56,733 nt of DNA from Candidatus Tayloriibacteriota bacterium (lineage in GTDB: Bacteria > Patescibacteriota > Minisyncoccia > Phycocordibacterales > SIBU01), in NCBI GenBank assembly GCA_016188455.1, contig JACPHR010000021.1, positions 1 to 56,733 on the forward strand, given 5' to 3'. The notes under the pieces were generated by a model, which saw nothing but the letters and a program-made list of their open reading frames with translations, was not told the origin of the DNA and ran no database searches. Position numbers and translations under genes: made by a program. Shown here piece after piece: positions 33,317 through 42,320 of the stretch (the stretch's first letter is position 1; each line of letters starts with the position of its first letter).

Positions 33317-34456
33317 TTAACACACCGCTTCCTCGCGCCACGGAATTTTTTCGCCGTGCAGTATCGGCACCACTTCGCCGATTTTCTCCGGCATGGTTGA
33401 AGGCCTGGCGGCGCATTTGGTGAGCCGAATTTTCTTTTTGCCCGGCGGCAGGCGATACAAACCGCAAGGAATGTTTCGGCAGGCGAAATTTTGGAAATGT
33501 TCAAACGAGCCGATTGCCTCAAATCCCATGGCATAAATGGCCAATGCCAATCGGCCGGGGTAACAGCCGCCGCAACCGTCCTCGCAGGCTTTCGCTTTGT
33601 CAAAATCGTGCGGCGCCCTGTCGGTGCCGAGCCCTATCCGATTATTGCCTCCGGCAACCTGCTGGAGCAGTTTTTGCCGATGTGGTTCTTCCCTCTGCAA
33701 AAGCGGCCAGCAGACGAATGAAGGGTTGGAACCGCGTCTGAATGTACCCTCTCGCACCGAGCCGCGCTGGAAAATCCTGTTGCGGCTGTAGACGAAGTGC
33801 TGCGGCGTCAACGTGGCCCATGTGGGCTCGTTGTTTCTCTCGGCTTCCGCCATGTAATCCGCCGCCGTTCCGTCAGTGATGTGTTCAAGACAAACCCGCA
33901 GTTTGGGGAAACGCTTTCGCAGTTCGGGCATTTCTTCCGAAATGAAGACGCGCGGCGCGTCAAACGGGTCAATGCGGTCGCCTACCGTCTCGGCGTGAAG
34001 CAGCAGGGGTATGTCCTCCTCTTCCATCCTTTCGTAAATAGGATAGCCGTTTCGGAATCGCGTCAGCGCCCTGGCCGTGTTGGTTGAACCGTTGTTCGGC
34101 ATGTATTTGCAGGCTCGCCAAATTCTTCGCCTGTAACCCTCAACGATTTCATCAGCCTTGGCTTCGTCGGTGAGGTAGTAGGTAAATAGGGCGTCAAACT
34201 CGGCGCCGGCCGGCAACTCCGAGAGCACTTCGGCGCGGTAATCGAGGCCCAGGCGGATGGAGGTTATCGGCGGTTCGGTATTGCACATGATAAGGGCGCC
34301 GCCGAACTCGTCTAGCAGGTCGGGCAGGGTGAGCTCTAGCAAGCCTGTTTTTTTCTGGCGCAAGTGGACATGGCCGTCAAATGTGCCGGTCAGTTCCACT
34401 GTTGTTCCGTCTGGGATTTTGTTCATAGTTTTGCAAGGTTCAATTTTTTCTAACAC
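33317..34456 (-). CDS. pyrC: dihydroorotase (class II, E. coli PyrC-like)
   Basis: DGHVHLR, ..KYMPNNGSTN.., LLLHAE, LEHITD, ATLTPQHF, GLGTDRAPH and GCGGCY are colinear with homodimeric-type PyrC motifs. The alternative start ATG 34426 is likely. Confidence 0.8.
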   Translation of the reverse strand: MLEKIEPCKTMNKIPDGTTVELTGTFDGHVHLRQKKTGLLELTLPDLLDEFGGALIMCNTEPPITSIRLGLDYRAEVLSELPAGAEFDALFTYYLTDEAKADEIVEGYRRRIWRACKYMPNNGSTNTARALTRFRNGYPIYERMEEEDIPLLLHAETVGDRIDPFDAPRVFISEEMPELRKRFPKLRVCLEHITDGTAADYMAEAERNNEPTWATLTPQHFVYSRNRIFQRGSVREGTFRRGSNPSFVCWPLLQREEPHRQKLLQQVAGGNNRIGLGTDRAPHDFDKAKACEDGCGGCYPGRLALAIYAMGFEAIGSFEHFQNFACRNIPCGLYRLPPGKKKIRLTKCAARPSTMPEKIGEVVPILHGEKIPWREEAVC

Positions 34457-34523
34457 TTAATCCATACTAACTTTTGCAAAAGAAAAAGCAAGCTGTGGAA
34501 GCTTGCTTGTAAGACTAGATAAT

Positions 34524-35633
34524 TCAGGAGCGGTTGACGGAGATGTTTAAGTCGCCGATTGATTTGACCCCATCGCACTCCATGAATTTCAAGAGTCCCT
34601 TATTAATCCGCCGCGGCAGGCCCGGTCCCTCATAGATGAAGCCGGTGTAAACTTGAACTAGGCTTGCGCCTGCCGCTATCTTATCCCACGCATCCTCGGC
34701 GCTAAAGATGCCGCCCACGCCGATGATGGGAAGCGACGGAAACTGCTTGTGAATGTGCTTGACGATTTCCAGTGACTGGCGACGAAGCGGTTTGCCGCTT
34801 AAACCGCCGACCTCTTTAGCAACTTCGCCGTTTGTTTTGAGACCGTCCCGACTGGTAGTGGTGTTTGTGGCCACGATGCCGTCAATGCCGACTTCGTTTA
34901 TCACCGTGAGAATGTCATCAATTTCTTCAACCGTGAGGTCCGGGGCGATTTTGACCAGAATCGGCTTTGGCCTCTCATGTGGCCGCCTCGGCGCTTTGAG
35001 ATTTTGCCTTTGGATTCCTTCAAGCAAGGCCTTGAGAGCCTCCCGTTTCTGCAGACTGCGAAGCCCGGGGGTGTTTGGCGAGCTGGGATTGATCACGAAG
35101 AAGTCGCCGTAATCATAGAGCTTTAAAAACGTGTAGCAATAATCAGCGACCACCGCCTCCAGGTCGTCCACCGGCACTATTTTTGATTTGCCGATATTGA
35201 TGCCGAGCGGCACGCCGGGCCGGCGCGCGCGGCCGAGACGGTAGGCAACCTCTTCCGCGCCCGGGTTGTTGAAGCCCATGCGGTTTATCAGCGCTTCATC
35301 TTCCGGCAGGCGGAAAATGCGCGGCTTCGGATTGCCGTCCTGCTTCATGGCGGTGATACCGCCCATCTCCAGAAAGCCAAAGCCGAGCGATTCAAAGCCG
35401 CGGAGCGCTAAGCCTGCTTTGTCCATGCCCGCCGCCAAGCCGACCGGATTGGCGAAAGTCAGATCAAAGAGTTTTTGCTCCAGCCTTTTATCGTGGACGG
35501 TGTGGGCGCTTCTTACGAGAGCGCTGAGAACGGGCGTGTTGCCGACCCGTCTGAGCATTGACAGGACGCGGTCGTGAATTTCTTCCGAGTCATGCTGGAA
35601 GAGCAGGGGACGAACCAATTTGTCATAGAACAT
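34524..35633 (-). CDS. pyrD: dihydroorotate dehydrogenase, class 2 (quinone-type)
   Basis: Close colinearity with E. coli PyrD: N-terminal extension, NPVGLAAGMDK, RIFRL..EALINRMGFNN, catalytic-Ser region INPSSPNTPGLR, KIAPDL and GGLSG. Confidence 0.9.
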   Translation of the reverse strand: MFYDKLVRPLLFQHDSEEIHDRVLSMLRRVGNTPVLSALVRSAHTVHDKRLEQKLFDLTFANPVGLAAGMDKAGLALRGFESLGFGFLEMGGITAMKQDGNPKPRIFRLPEDEALINRMGFNNPGAEEVAYRLGRARRPGVPLGINIGKSKIVPVDDLEAVVADYCYTFLKLYDYGDFFVINPSSPNTPGLRSLQKREALKALLEGIQRQNLKAPRRPHERPKPILVKIAPDLTVEEIDDILTVINEVGIDGIVATNTTTSRDGLKTNGEVAKEVGGLSGKPLRRQSLEIVKHIHKQFPSLPIIGVGGIFSAEDAWDKIAAGASLVQVYTGFIYEGPGLPRRINKGLLKFMECDGVKSIGDLNISVNRS

Positions 35634-35724
35634 AGAAACTCCTCCGTTTTGTTGTGATTACAGTCGTTTCCGCTAGCCGGGCTATTTTTAGCACCCCAGG
35701 GAACAAAAGTCAATTTTGCCTTTA

Positions 35725-35758
35725 TTCTACTATCCAAGCGATCGCCTGGATAGTAGAA
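35725..35758. repeat. family-F palindrome centred on GCGATCGC
   Basis: TTCTACTATCCAAGCGATCGCCTGGATAGTAGAA. The second copy at 48614-48647 has a paired A/T to T/A exchange. Confidence 0.7.
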
Positions 35759-35801
35759 ATCTTTAGCGAAGTGGTTGGCGAATTTGTAAAGAGTCAGATT
35801 T

Positions 35802-35876
35802 TGGTGCCTCTGGTAGGAATCGAACCTACATAACTGGCTTAGAAGTCCAGTGTTCTATCCATTAAACTACAGAGGC
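35802..35876 (-). tRNA. tRNA-Arg (anticodon TCT), CCA encoded
   Basis: Hand fold: GCCTCTG TA GTTT AATGGATA GAAC A CTGGA CTTCTAA GCCAG TTAT GTAGG TTCGATT CCTAC CAGAGGC A CCA. Confidence 0.85.
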
Positions 35877-36063
35877 GTCAGGTGAGTCGGGCGGGCCCGC
35901 CCGAACGACCGGAGTCATCCGGTCGGGCGGGAAGCCCGCAGTTCTAGCCATTGAACCACGAGGGCGGGTAAACCGACAACTACAACTTACAACAAAAACT
36001 GCGAAAACAAAAGCTTACCACATTGTTTGGTTATCCAGTTATAAGTTACCGGTTAGAGATTTT

Positions 36064-36396
36064 TCATCTTGACGGGTCAACCGAGGGGGGATTTTTTCTC
36101 AACTGGTTAAAGGCGGCGCTTTTAGTTTTGAAAAAACCGGCGGTTTTATCAAGAAGCGCCGCTGTTGCAGTCGCCGAGTTGCCCGAGGCTTTTTTCTCCG
36201 CCGGCAAAAACTCGCCCCGGCTGATGTCCCGATAGATTAAAAAACTGCTGATGAATGCCATAATCGCAAGAAGCAAAAAAGCGACCACCATGATTTTCCA
36301 ATGAAAGAGAATCCTGACTTCGCGCGGCATGGGTGCCGGCTTATTGCCGTGATAAAATTTTTCCCAAACCGCCTGAAAAAAATTATTGAAAGTCAT
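36064..36396 (-). CDS. hypothetical single-pass membrane protein (last gene of the pilMNO cluster)
   Basis: 110 aa with one TM helix (IMVVAFLLLAIMAFISSFLIY). It starts 8 nt after the pilO-like stop. Confidence 0.4.
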   Translation of the reverse strand: MTFNNFFQAVWEKFYHGNKPAPMPREVRILFHWKIMVVAFLLLAIMAFISSFLIYRDISRGEFLPAEKKASGNSATATAALLDKTAGFFKTKSAAFNQLRKNPPSVDPSR

Positions 36397-36404
36397 AAAT
36401 TAAA

Positions 36405-36992
36405 TTATTTCAGTTTTAAAACGGCGATATCCAGAGTGCCTTTCCAATGTGGAGCGAGAAGGCTGGGCTTTTTTGAAGCACCGGCGGCTGTTTCGCCGGA
36501 AACTTTTTCCAAATCGACTCTGCCTAGATTCACTTTGAAAGGCAAAAGCTCAACCAGCGCCGCAAAACGGTAGACGTCAGACCAAGTGCCCCCGACTTCA
36601 ACGGTGGCGTTCACCGCCTCAAAAATATCGGGCGACAGAGGGGCGGCCGGGCCAACCGACACGGAAAGAACTTGCGGCGCGAGATTGTTTTCGGCGCCTA
36701 AAGACTCAATTGAATCCAGAAACTCCACCACGCCGTCCTTGGGGATGAAGTGTCCGTCGAGCTGCTCGCGCAAAGAGGCCGTTTGGGAAAAAGTTTCCTT
36801 GACTGATTTCAGGTTCGCTTTTTCTTCGTTGAAAGTCTCAACTGCGCTGGTCAGTGCCGCCAGTCGCTGATTTTTTTGCCTGACCGTTACGAATAGATAA
36901 GAATAAACGGTTACCAATAGGAGGTTCAGGCCTAAAGCCAGTAAAAAAACTCTCCAAGCTTTTTCTTTGATGATTGTGTTTAAAATGTTCAT
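36405..36992 (-). CDS. pilO: PilO-like type IV pilus assembly protein
   Basis: The start is taken at ATG 36992, 1 nt after the pilN stop. It has an N-terminal TM helix, a coiled-coil and an alpha/beta domain, and follows pilM-pilN. Confidence 0.55.
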   Translation of the reverse strand: MNILNTIIKEKAWRVFLLALGLNLLLVTVYSYLFVTVRQKNQRLAALTSAVETFNEEKANLKSVKETFSQTASLREQLDGHFIPKDGVVEFLDSIESLGAENNLAPQVLSVSVGPAAPLSPDIFEAVNATVEVGGTWSDVYRFAALVELLPFKVNLGRVDLEKVSGETAAGASKKPSLLAPHWKGTLDIAVLKLK

Positions 36993-36993
36993 G

Positions 36994-37530
36994 TTACTTG
37001 GTTTTGGCCATAATGGAAAAATTAATATCGGCGGCGGACACAAAGTTGGACACCGGCACGGACACTTCGGCAAAAGTCTTTTCCCGCTTGAGCGTCCGCT
37101 CGAACGACAACAACGCCTCTCTGTCTTTCGCCACTCCCAAGACGGCGACTGCCGGGCTCCCGCCTTCGGCGCGCTTGATGCTGACCCCCATGATTTTAAT
37201 GCCCGCTGTTTTTTGGCGGGTGATATCGCGGATCAGTTCGTAGAAATAAAAAACCGGTCGTTCCTCCTTAAACACCGCCGCCTTTTGGCCGGTGAGCTTT
37301 AAAAGGCTTGCCGAATTATCCCTGCCCCCCGTAGCAATCTCCGCTTTGAGAACGTCGGCTCTTTTAAGAATGACCGCCTCCTTCTGAAACGACAGAAAAA
37401 GCGAAGGCAGCAGGGCGACAGAAGCCACGGCGGAGAGGGCGGCGAGAAAAAGCAAACTGGTAGCGGCCAGCCTCAGCCGGTACTCGCGGTTTATCGCCTG
37501 CTGTTCTTCCTGGGGTAAGAGGTTAAACAT
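36994..37530 (-). CDS. pilN: PilN-like fimbrial assembly protein
   Basis: MFNLLPQEEQQAINREYRLR followed by a TM helix is the canonical PilN N-terminus (INLLP motif). Confidence 0.65.
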   Translation of the reverse strand: MFNLLPQEEQQAINREYRLRLAATSLLFLAALSAVASVALLPSLFLSFQKEAVILKRADVLKAEIATGGRDNSASLLKLTGQKAAVFKEERPVFYFYELIRDITRQKTAGIKIMGVSIKRAEGGSPAVAVLGVAKDREALLSFERTLKREKTFAEVSVPVSNFVSAADINFSIMAKTK

Positions 37531-37649
37531 GGTATGCGAATAGCCTTAACGAATAGGCACACACGAATAATTCAACACTCGTTTCATTCGCATCCATTCG
37601 TAAATTAGTATTATATATTCGTATCATAGAATCAATTCTTATATTGGCA
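37531..37649. repeat. family-A-type palindromic element filling the pilM-pilN spacer
   Basis: GGTATGCGAATAGCC..ACGAATAATTC..TTTCATTCGCATCCATTCGTAAATTAGTATTATATATTCGTATCATAG..TATATTGGCAT. Confidence 0.6.
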
Positions 37650-38729
37650 TCATATATCTTGCGGTAACGCCAAGCCAATGGCGCTGGCGTAATCAAGGGA
37701 GTCAAGAAAAGGGATGGCTGGGATGTGGCGGTCATAGGCGAAAGCGTTCCGCCAAACATCCGCCACTTCAACCGGAATCTGCACGGCCGTTGAAAGATAT
37801 TCGTCAAAGCCAGCCAAACTGGCGTCTCGGCCGCAGAGAATTATTTTCTCGATTTTTCTGTCAGCCGCGCCTTGGGGTTTTTGGCGTGTTTGCCAGTAGA
37901 TAAAAAGCTTGTTGACCTCGTCTTTGATGGCGGAAACCGTGTTCATGAGAGAGAAAAATAACTCCATGTTTTTGCGATTTTTTACGAAACCCCGCTCCTC
38001 TTTCAGCCGCCGCGCGGCTTCCGCGTCTACCGAGAAATGTTTTTCAAGCGCGGCGGTCAAAGCGTCGCCGCCGATGGCAACCGACAAATTAAATTGCACC
38101 GCGCCGCGGCTGGCAATGGAGAGGTCGGTACCGGTTTCCCCGACGTTAACAATCAAAAAGGTGCCGAGGTCGCCTTTGGCAATCACCGCTCTGCTTGCCG
38201 CGGCGGAGCCAATGCTGAAAGCAAGCGGTTTTAAACCGGCCGATTTGATAATCTCAAGATAAGTTGCCACCATCTTCTTGGGCAAAACTGAAACACTGAC
38301 CTCAATGCGGTCCGCATCGGCGGAGTCCGGAATGACAACGTAATCAAAGACGGCGTCAGCCGCCGACATTGGCACATTTTCCTCAAGCCGAAGCTCAATG
38401 GCTTGGCGGAGGTCGGTAACGGCTCTTTTCGGCAATTCGGTTTTGAAAAGATAGGCTTTTTCTTCGGGCAATGAGACACTGACAAATTCCATGGAAAGTG
38501 CCTTTTGGAGCGAACGGAGGCTCTCCGTCACGGCCGATTTGTCGTTGATGTAGCCTTCTTTTATGGCGCCCGAAGGAATGGCCCGCGCGCCAAAGCGGCC
38601 CAAGACCAAGCCCCGGCGAACCTTGGCGAACTCAATGGCATGCGCCGCCCGCTCGGAGATGGCGAGACCCATCGGCCGCATTGCCAAAAACGCGGGAACC
38701 GGAAAAAAATCTGAAAAACTGCTTTTCAT
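37650..38729 (-). CDS. pilM: type IV pilus assembly protein PilM (actin-like ATPase)
   Basis: 359 aa with an actin/FtsA-like fold pattern (GLAISERAAHAIEF.., VNVGETGTDLSI.., GGDALT.., ILCGRDASLAGF). Confidence 0.85.
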   Translation of the reverse strand: MKSSFSDFFPVPAFLAMRPMGLAISERAAHAIEFAKVRRGLVLGRFGARAIPSGAIKEGYINDKSAVTESLRSLQKALSMEFVSVSLPEEKAYLFKTELPKRAVTDLRQAIELRLEENVPMSAADAVFDYVVIPDSADADRIEVSVSVLPKKMVATYLEIIKSAGLKPLAFSIGSAAASRAVIAKGDLGTFLIVNVGETGTDLSIASRGAVQFNLSVAIGGDALTAALEKHFSVDAEAARRLKEERGFVKNRKNMELFFSLMNTVSAIKDEVNKLFIYWQTRQKPQGAADRKIEKIILCGRDASLAGFDEYLSTAVQIPVEVADVWRNAFAYDRHIPAIPFLDSLDYASAIGLALPQDI

Positions 38730-38772
38730 GTGAAGAGCCAGCGAGCCGGCGAGGCTCGAGGCTTCGGATATA

Positions 38773-39405
38773 TTATACTATGTCGTCAGTTTCCGCGGAA
38801 TGGGGACTCTTGGAAGCCCGCCGACCTTTGACGAAGTCCGCGAGGTTGGGAAGCATGGAAAAAAATATAATGATAAGGACTATAGGCAAAATGTAGCGGT
38901 CAATGTCGGGGATAAATTTGCCCAAACCGTAGCCGAGCGTGAGCAGACCGACGCTCCAGCCCAATCCCCCGATTATGTTGTAGAGGAGAAATGTCCTATA
39001 AGACATGAGGCCGACGCCGGCGAGTATCGGCGCGAAAGTGCGGACAATCGGCACGAAGCGCGCCAGCACAATGGTTTTTTTGCCGTGCCGCTTGTAGAAA
39101 ACTTTGGTGCGCTCCAAATAGATTTTTTTAAAAAATCGCGAGTCCTCTCGGCTGAAAAGTTTCGGCCCGACCTTGCGCCCGAAGCCGTAGCCGACGGAAT
39201 CGCCCGCTATAGCGGCAACGGCCGCGCCGACAAGCAGCACCCAAAAATTGAGATAGCCTTGGGAGGCGACAAGACCGGCGGTAAAAAGGAGCGAGTCGCC
39301 CGGCAGAAAAAAGCCGAAGAAAAGTCCCGACTCGGCGAAGATAATGGCAACGATACCGAGCGTGCCGAGGGTTTTAATGAGAAAGATGGGTTCTAAAAAA
39401 TGCAT
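38773..39405 (-). CDS. DedA-family (VTT domain) membrane protein
   Basis: FAESGLFFGFFLPGDSLLFTAG...AAIAGDSVGYGFGRK.G is the DedA signature. Confidence 0.85.
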   Translation of the reverse strand: MHFLEPIFLIKTLGTLGIVAIIFAESGLFFGFFLPGDSLLFTAGLVASQGYLNFWVLLVGAAVAAIAGDSVGYGFGRKVGPKLFSREDSRFFKKIYLERTKVFYKRHGKKTIVLARFVPIVRTFAPILAGVGLMSYRTFLLYNIIGGLGWSVGLLTLGYGLGKFIPDIDRYILPIVLIIIFFSMLPNLADFVKGRRASKSPHSAETDDIV

Positions 39406-39486
39406 ATACGATGCTAATATACGAATTGATGTGAATGATACGAATCAAATCTGAAAATCATGATTCGTGATTCCTAATTCTTGATT
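39406..39486. repeat. family-A-related palindromic element in the spacer between dedA and the tRNA-binding protein gene
   Basis: ATACGATGCTAATATACGAATTGATGTGAATGATACGAATCAAATCTGAAAATCATGATTCGTGATTCCTAATTCTTGATTC. Confidence 0.6.
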
Positions 39487-39825
39487 CTATTTTGCTCTAG
39501 TTCCGGGCGGCACATATACTGACGGTTCAAGGAGCGAAAATCCGCCGTCATCCGTTGAGACGGCCAAAAGCATGCCGTTACTTTCATGGCCTTTGATAAC
39601 TCGCGGCTCCAGGTTGGCGACGAACAGGCACCGCTTGCCCACCAAGGCCGTCGGCTCGGGGAAATAAAGCGCGATGCCGGAGATAACCTGCCGCGGTTTT
39701 TCTTCTCCGAGATTAACCCTGAGACGCAAAAGTTTATCGGTTTCCGGCACTTTTTCAACCGAAAGAATTTGCCCGACTCGGATGTCAACTTTTTTGAAAT
39801 CCTCCAACGATATTGAAGTTGTCAT
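39487..39825 (-). CDS. tRNA-binding domain protein (CsaA/Trbp111/EMAPII-like OB fold)
   Basis: F.KVDIRVGQILSVEKVPETDKLLRLRVNLGEE.PRQVISGIA..Y.PE.LVGKR.LFVANL.PR...G..S.GMLLA is the typical pattern. Confidence 0.8.
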   Translation of the reverse strand: MTTSISLEDFKKVDIRVGQILSVEKVPETDKLLRLRVNLGEEKPRQVISGIALYFPEPTALVGKRCLFVANLEPRVIKGHESNGMLLAVSTDDGGFSLLEPSVYVPPGTRAK

Positions 39826-40202
39826 TTTTTCTTTTCTAAAAAACTTTTCAGGATAAGCGCCGCCGCGGAGGCGTCATGCATCGCGGTTTTGCCTTGAAGG
39901 CGCTTCGCTTCCGCGCTGGTCATAAACTCGGGCTCAAAAAAAACCGGCAAACCGACCGCGCTCTCCAACGCACTCTTAAACCGCCGTACGGCTTCCATAA
40001 TAACATTGTCTTGGCCTTTGAAATTTTTGGACTCGCCCAAAACGACCGCGCCGATTTTTTTATTGTTAACAATTTTTTTAATATCCGCCAGAACTTTTTT
40101 ATCGTTCGGCAAAACCAAAAGAGGCAGGGCGAACCGCCCCTCCTCGTCTGAAACTGCTACGCCCACCCGCTTTGTGCCGTAATCAATACCGAGGTAACGC
40201 AT
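39822..40202 (-). CDS. ruvX: Holliday junction resolvase-like pre-16S rRNA nuclease RuvX/YqgF
   Basis: MRYLGIDYGTKRVGVAVSDE... and ..VVLGESK..G.. are YqgF motifs. Confidence 0.85.
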   Translation of the reverse strand: MRYLGIDYGTKRVGVAVSDEEGRFALPLLVLPNDKKVLADIKKIVNNKKIGAVVLGESKNFKGQDNVIMEAVRRFKSALESAVGLPVFFEPEFMTSAEAKRLQGKTAMHDASAAALILKSFLEKKK

Positions 40203-40422
40203 ACCAAGACATTATACATGGTAGGCAAAACTTACCCCAGCACCAAAAGTCATACGGGCTCGCGCTTCGCCCGGCAAGGGATGTGGCTATTCGCCACCCG
40301 CGCTCACCCTGGTATTGGTGCGGGGTTATTATCCACAAACCACATAACACCGCCGAAGCGGCGGATTCTGTGGGCGGATAATAAATTGCAAATAGGGTTT
40401 TTTTTGCTATCATGCAAATCAT

Positions 40423-40507
40423 GGAAGGGTCGGATAATGGTATTCCACCGGTCTTGAAAACCGGCGCCGGCAACGGCTTGCGAGTTCGAGTCTCGCCCCT
40501 TCCGCCA
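40423..40507 (+). tRNA. tRNA-Ser (anticodon TGA), long variable arm, CCA encoded
   Basis: Hand fold: GGAAGGG TC GGAT AATGGTA TTCC A CCGGT CTTGAAA ACCGG (variable arm CGCCGGCAACGGCTT) GCGAG TTCGAGT CTCGC CCCTTCC G CCA. Confidence 0.85.
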
Positions 40508-40657
40508 TGAACCGAGAGGACTGCTAAACGCAGTCCGAGCGGCTCATCATTAGCGTGATAGAGGCGAGACTCGAACGGCAGAGCAAAATTTTCAGCAGAA
40601 AATTTTGGGAGCCGGTGCCCAGACCAATTTTTGCGGCGGCAAAAATTTAGTCGCGGG

Positions 40658-40679
40658 CGAGTCTCGCCCCTTCCGCCAT
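40658..40679 (+). repeat. 22-nt direct repeat of the tRNA-Ser 3' end (att-like)
   Basis: CGAGTCTCGCCCCTTCCGCCAT is identical to 40487-40508. The intervening 150 nt contains an inverted T-arm copy (GGCGAGACTCGAAC, about 40563-40576). Confidence 0.8.
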
Positions 40680-40723
40680 TAAATATTTAGTATCGTATAG
40701 ACCCGAGTGCTATAATTAAAAAT

Positions 40724-42151
40724 ATGGCGATAATTTATTTGGTACAATCCACTCTTGATAAAACAAAAATCTACATCGGAAAAACCGATAGATCTTTGGC
40801 GGAAAGAAGAAAAGAACATGAGGATAAAGCAGCTAATCATAGTTCTACTAAGTTTCATTGCGAATTATTAAGGAAAGGGCTTGATAATTGGGAGTGGCGG
40901 ATACTTGAAACTCTCGATCCTGCTGCAAATGTTTTTGAAAGAGAAAAATATTGGATGCAAAAATTTGATGCACTTCCAATTGATCTATTAAATACAGCAT
41001 CAACAAATAGCAACACTGAAACGAAGCGTAAAAAAGCAGATACTCTCGCTCGTGCTGTTGGAGGTAAGAATGTTTGGAAAAGCGCCAGTGCCAAGAAATG
41101 GATGATATTGTCTGGAAAATTGAAACCGCTAGAGAATACTGAAACAAAGATTAAGTATGAAGGATTGCTTGATGCTGAGCGAAAAACTGGAGAAACAAGG
41201 GGTGCGATCAAAAAATCCTGTGATACAGGAATACCAACTTCTCGTGGCAAGCTTTATGCGTGGTTAGATATCAAGGGAAATCTAAAACTAACCGAAAACC
41301 ATATTAAGAAAGTTCCTAGGTTAAAGAGAGTTAAAAACAAAACCACGGGAGAAATTTATAATTCATTAGCAGATGCTGCCAAAAACATCGGCGTATCAAT
41401 GAACATAATTAGAGACGCATGTAATGGTAAATACAAAACTACAAAAGGTCAGATAGTTTGTTTTTTGGATGACAATGGGAACGAAGTATTAACCGAAACT
41501 CACAAAAATACCTTACTTCGGTTAGAAGAAAAAAAGAAAATTGGATTTGTGGCTTGGCGTATAGAAGATAAAAATCGCAGTAAACCTTATATATTTGACT
41601 CAATTCTTGAATTGATAAACTCAATAAAAAGGGACTCTGGCGAGGAGCTTTCTCGGAGTCATATCCTTGATATTTGCAAGGGTAAAAGACAGCACGACCA
41701 AGGTTGGAGAGTAGCATACTACGACAAAGAAAAGAAAGAACCTATTTTCAGAAACAAGCATCTACTACCAATTAGGGAAAAAATTCGTGGGGTAATCTGT
41801 TTAAATGATAATAAAGTTTTTTCAAATGCAACTGAGGCTGGCAAATTTTACAATTTAGAAAGTGGCCAAATACTGCTTTGTTGCGCCCGGAAATTAAAAA
41901 GTACAGGGAGAAATTTAAAAACAAAATACAAGTTTGCACACACCGACAAAGAAGGAAAACCGATCTTAACCCCATTACACAGTGAATCAGATTCCTGGCT
42001 CGGCAAGAAAATATTTTGCCCCGGGTTGGGAAAAGAATTTAGATCTGTGGCAGAATTTTGCAGAGAAACAAATATCCCAGCGAAACGTGTAAGTAAATAC
42101 CTAAAAGGGAAAAATATTGATCTTGGTGGCCTAACACTTGTTCAGGTGTAA
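40724..42151 (+). CDS. GIY-YIG homing-endonuclease-like protein with about five NUMOD1/HTH-like DNA-binding repeats
   Basis: The N-terminus has IIYLV..(11)..IYIGKT, R..EH and E.EKYWM (GIY-YIG). Repeated ~35-aa modules follow (..F.S...A.K..G.S...I...C.GK..). The gene is markedly AT-rich relative to its surroundings. Confidence 0.7.
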   Translation: MAIIYLVQSTLDKTKIYIGKTDRSLAERRKEHEDKAANHSSTKFHCELLRKGLDNWEWRILETLDPAANVFEREKYWMQKFDALPIDLLNTASTNSNTETKRKKADTLARAVGGKNVWKSASAKKWMILSGKLKPLENTETKIKYEGLLDAERKTGETRGAIKKSCDTGIPTSRGKLYAWLDIKGNLKLTENHIKKVPRLKRVKNKTTGEIYNSLADAAKNIGVSMNIIRDACNGKYKTTKGQIVCFLDDNGNEVLTETHKNTLLRLEEKKKIGFVAWRIEDKNRSKPYIFDSILELINSIKRDSGEELSRSHILDICKGKRQHDQGWRVAYYDKEKKEPIFRNKHLLPIREKIRGVICLNDNKVFSNATEAGKFYNLESGQILLCCARKLKSTGRNLKTKYKFAHTDKEGKPILTPLHSESDSWLGKKIFCPGLGKEFRSVAEFCRETNIPAKRVSKYLKGKNIDLGGLTLVQV

Positions 42152-42320
42152 TTTAGTCGAGCCTACTCTTTATATTATAGTCAATGATATCTCTTTCTTT
42201 GTTTAATTTTGGTTTCGGTACCTCAAATCACTCCGGATGCTCTTTGTAGGTGACTCTTAATTTCCGTATACTATTGTCAATATCCCCGAATTTAAGAAGG
42301 GGATTTGATAAAATAAATTT

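Noticed and set aside
35877-35965. Intron-containing or permuted full tRNA upstream of tRNA-Arg(TCT)
   Set aside because: Only an acceptor 5' strand, a D-arm and part of an anticodon stem can be drawn. No T-arm or complementary 3' acceptor strand precedes the next tRNA, so it is reported only as a truncated tRNA-like fragment.
40329-40337. A second replication origin suggested by perfect DnaA boxes at 40329-40337 and 21635-21643
   Set aside because: These are single isolated boxes without clustering or an adjacent AT-rich unwinding element. Such singletons occur by chance or as DnaA-regulated promoter sites.
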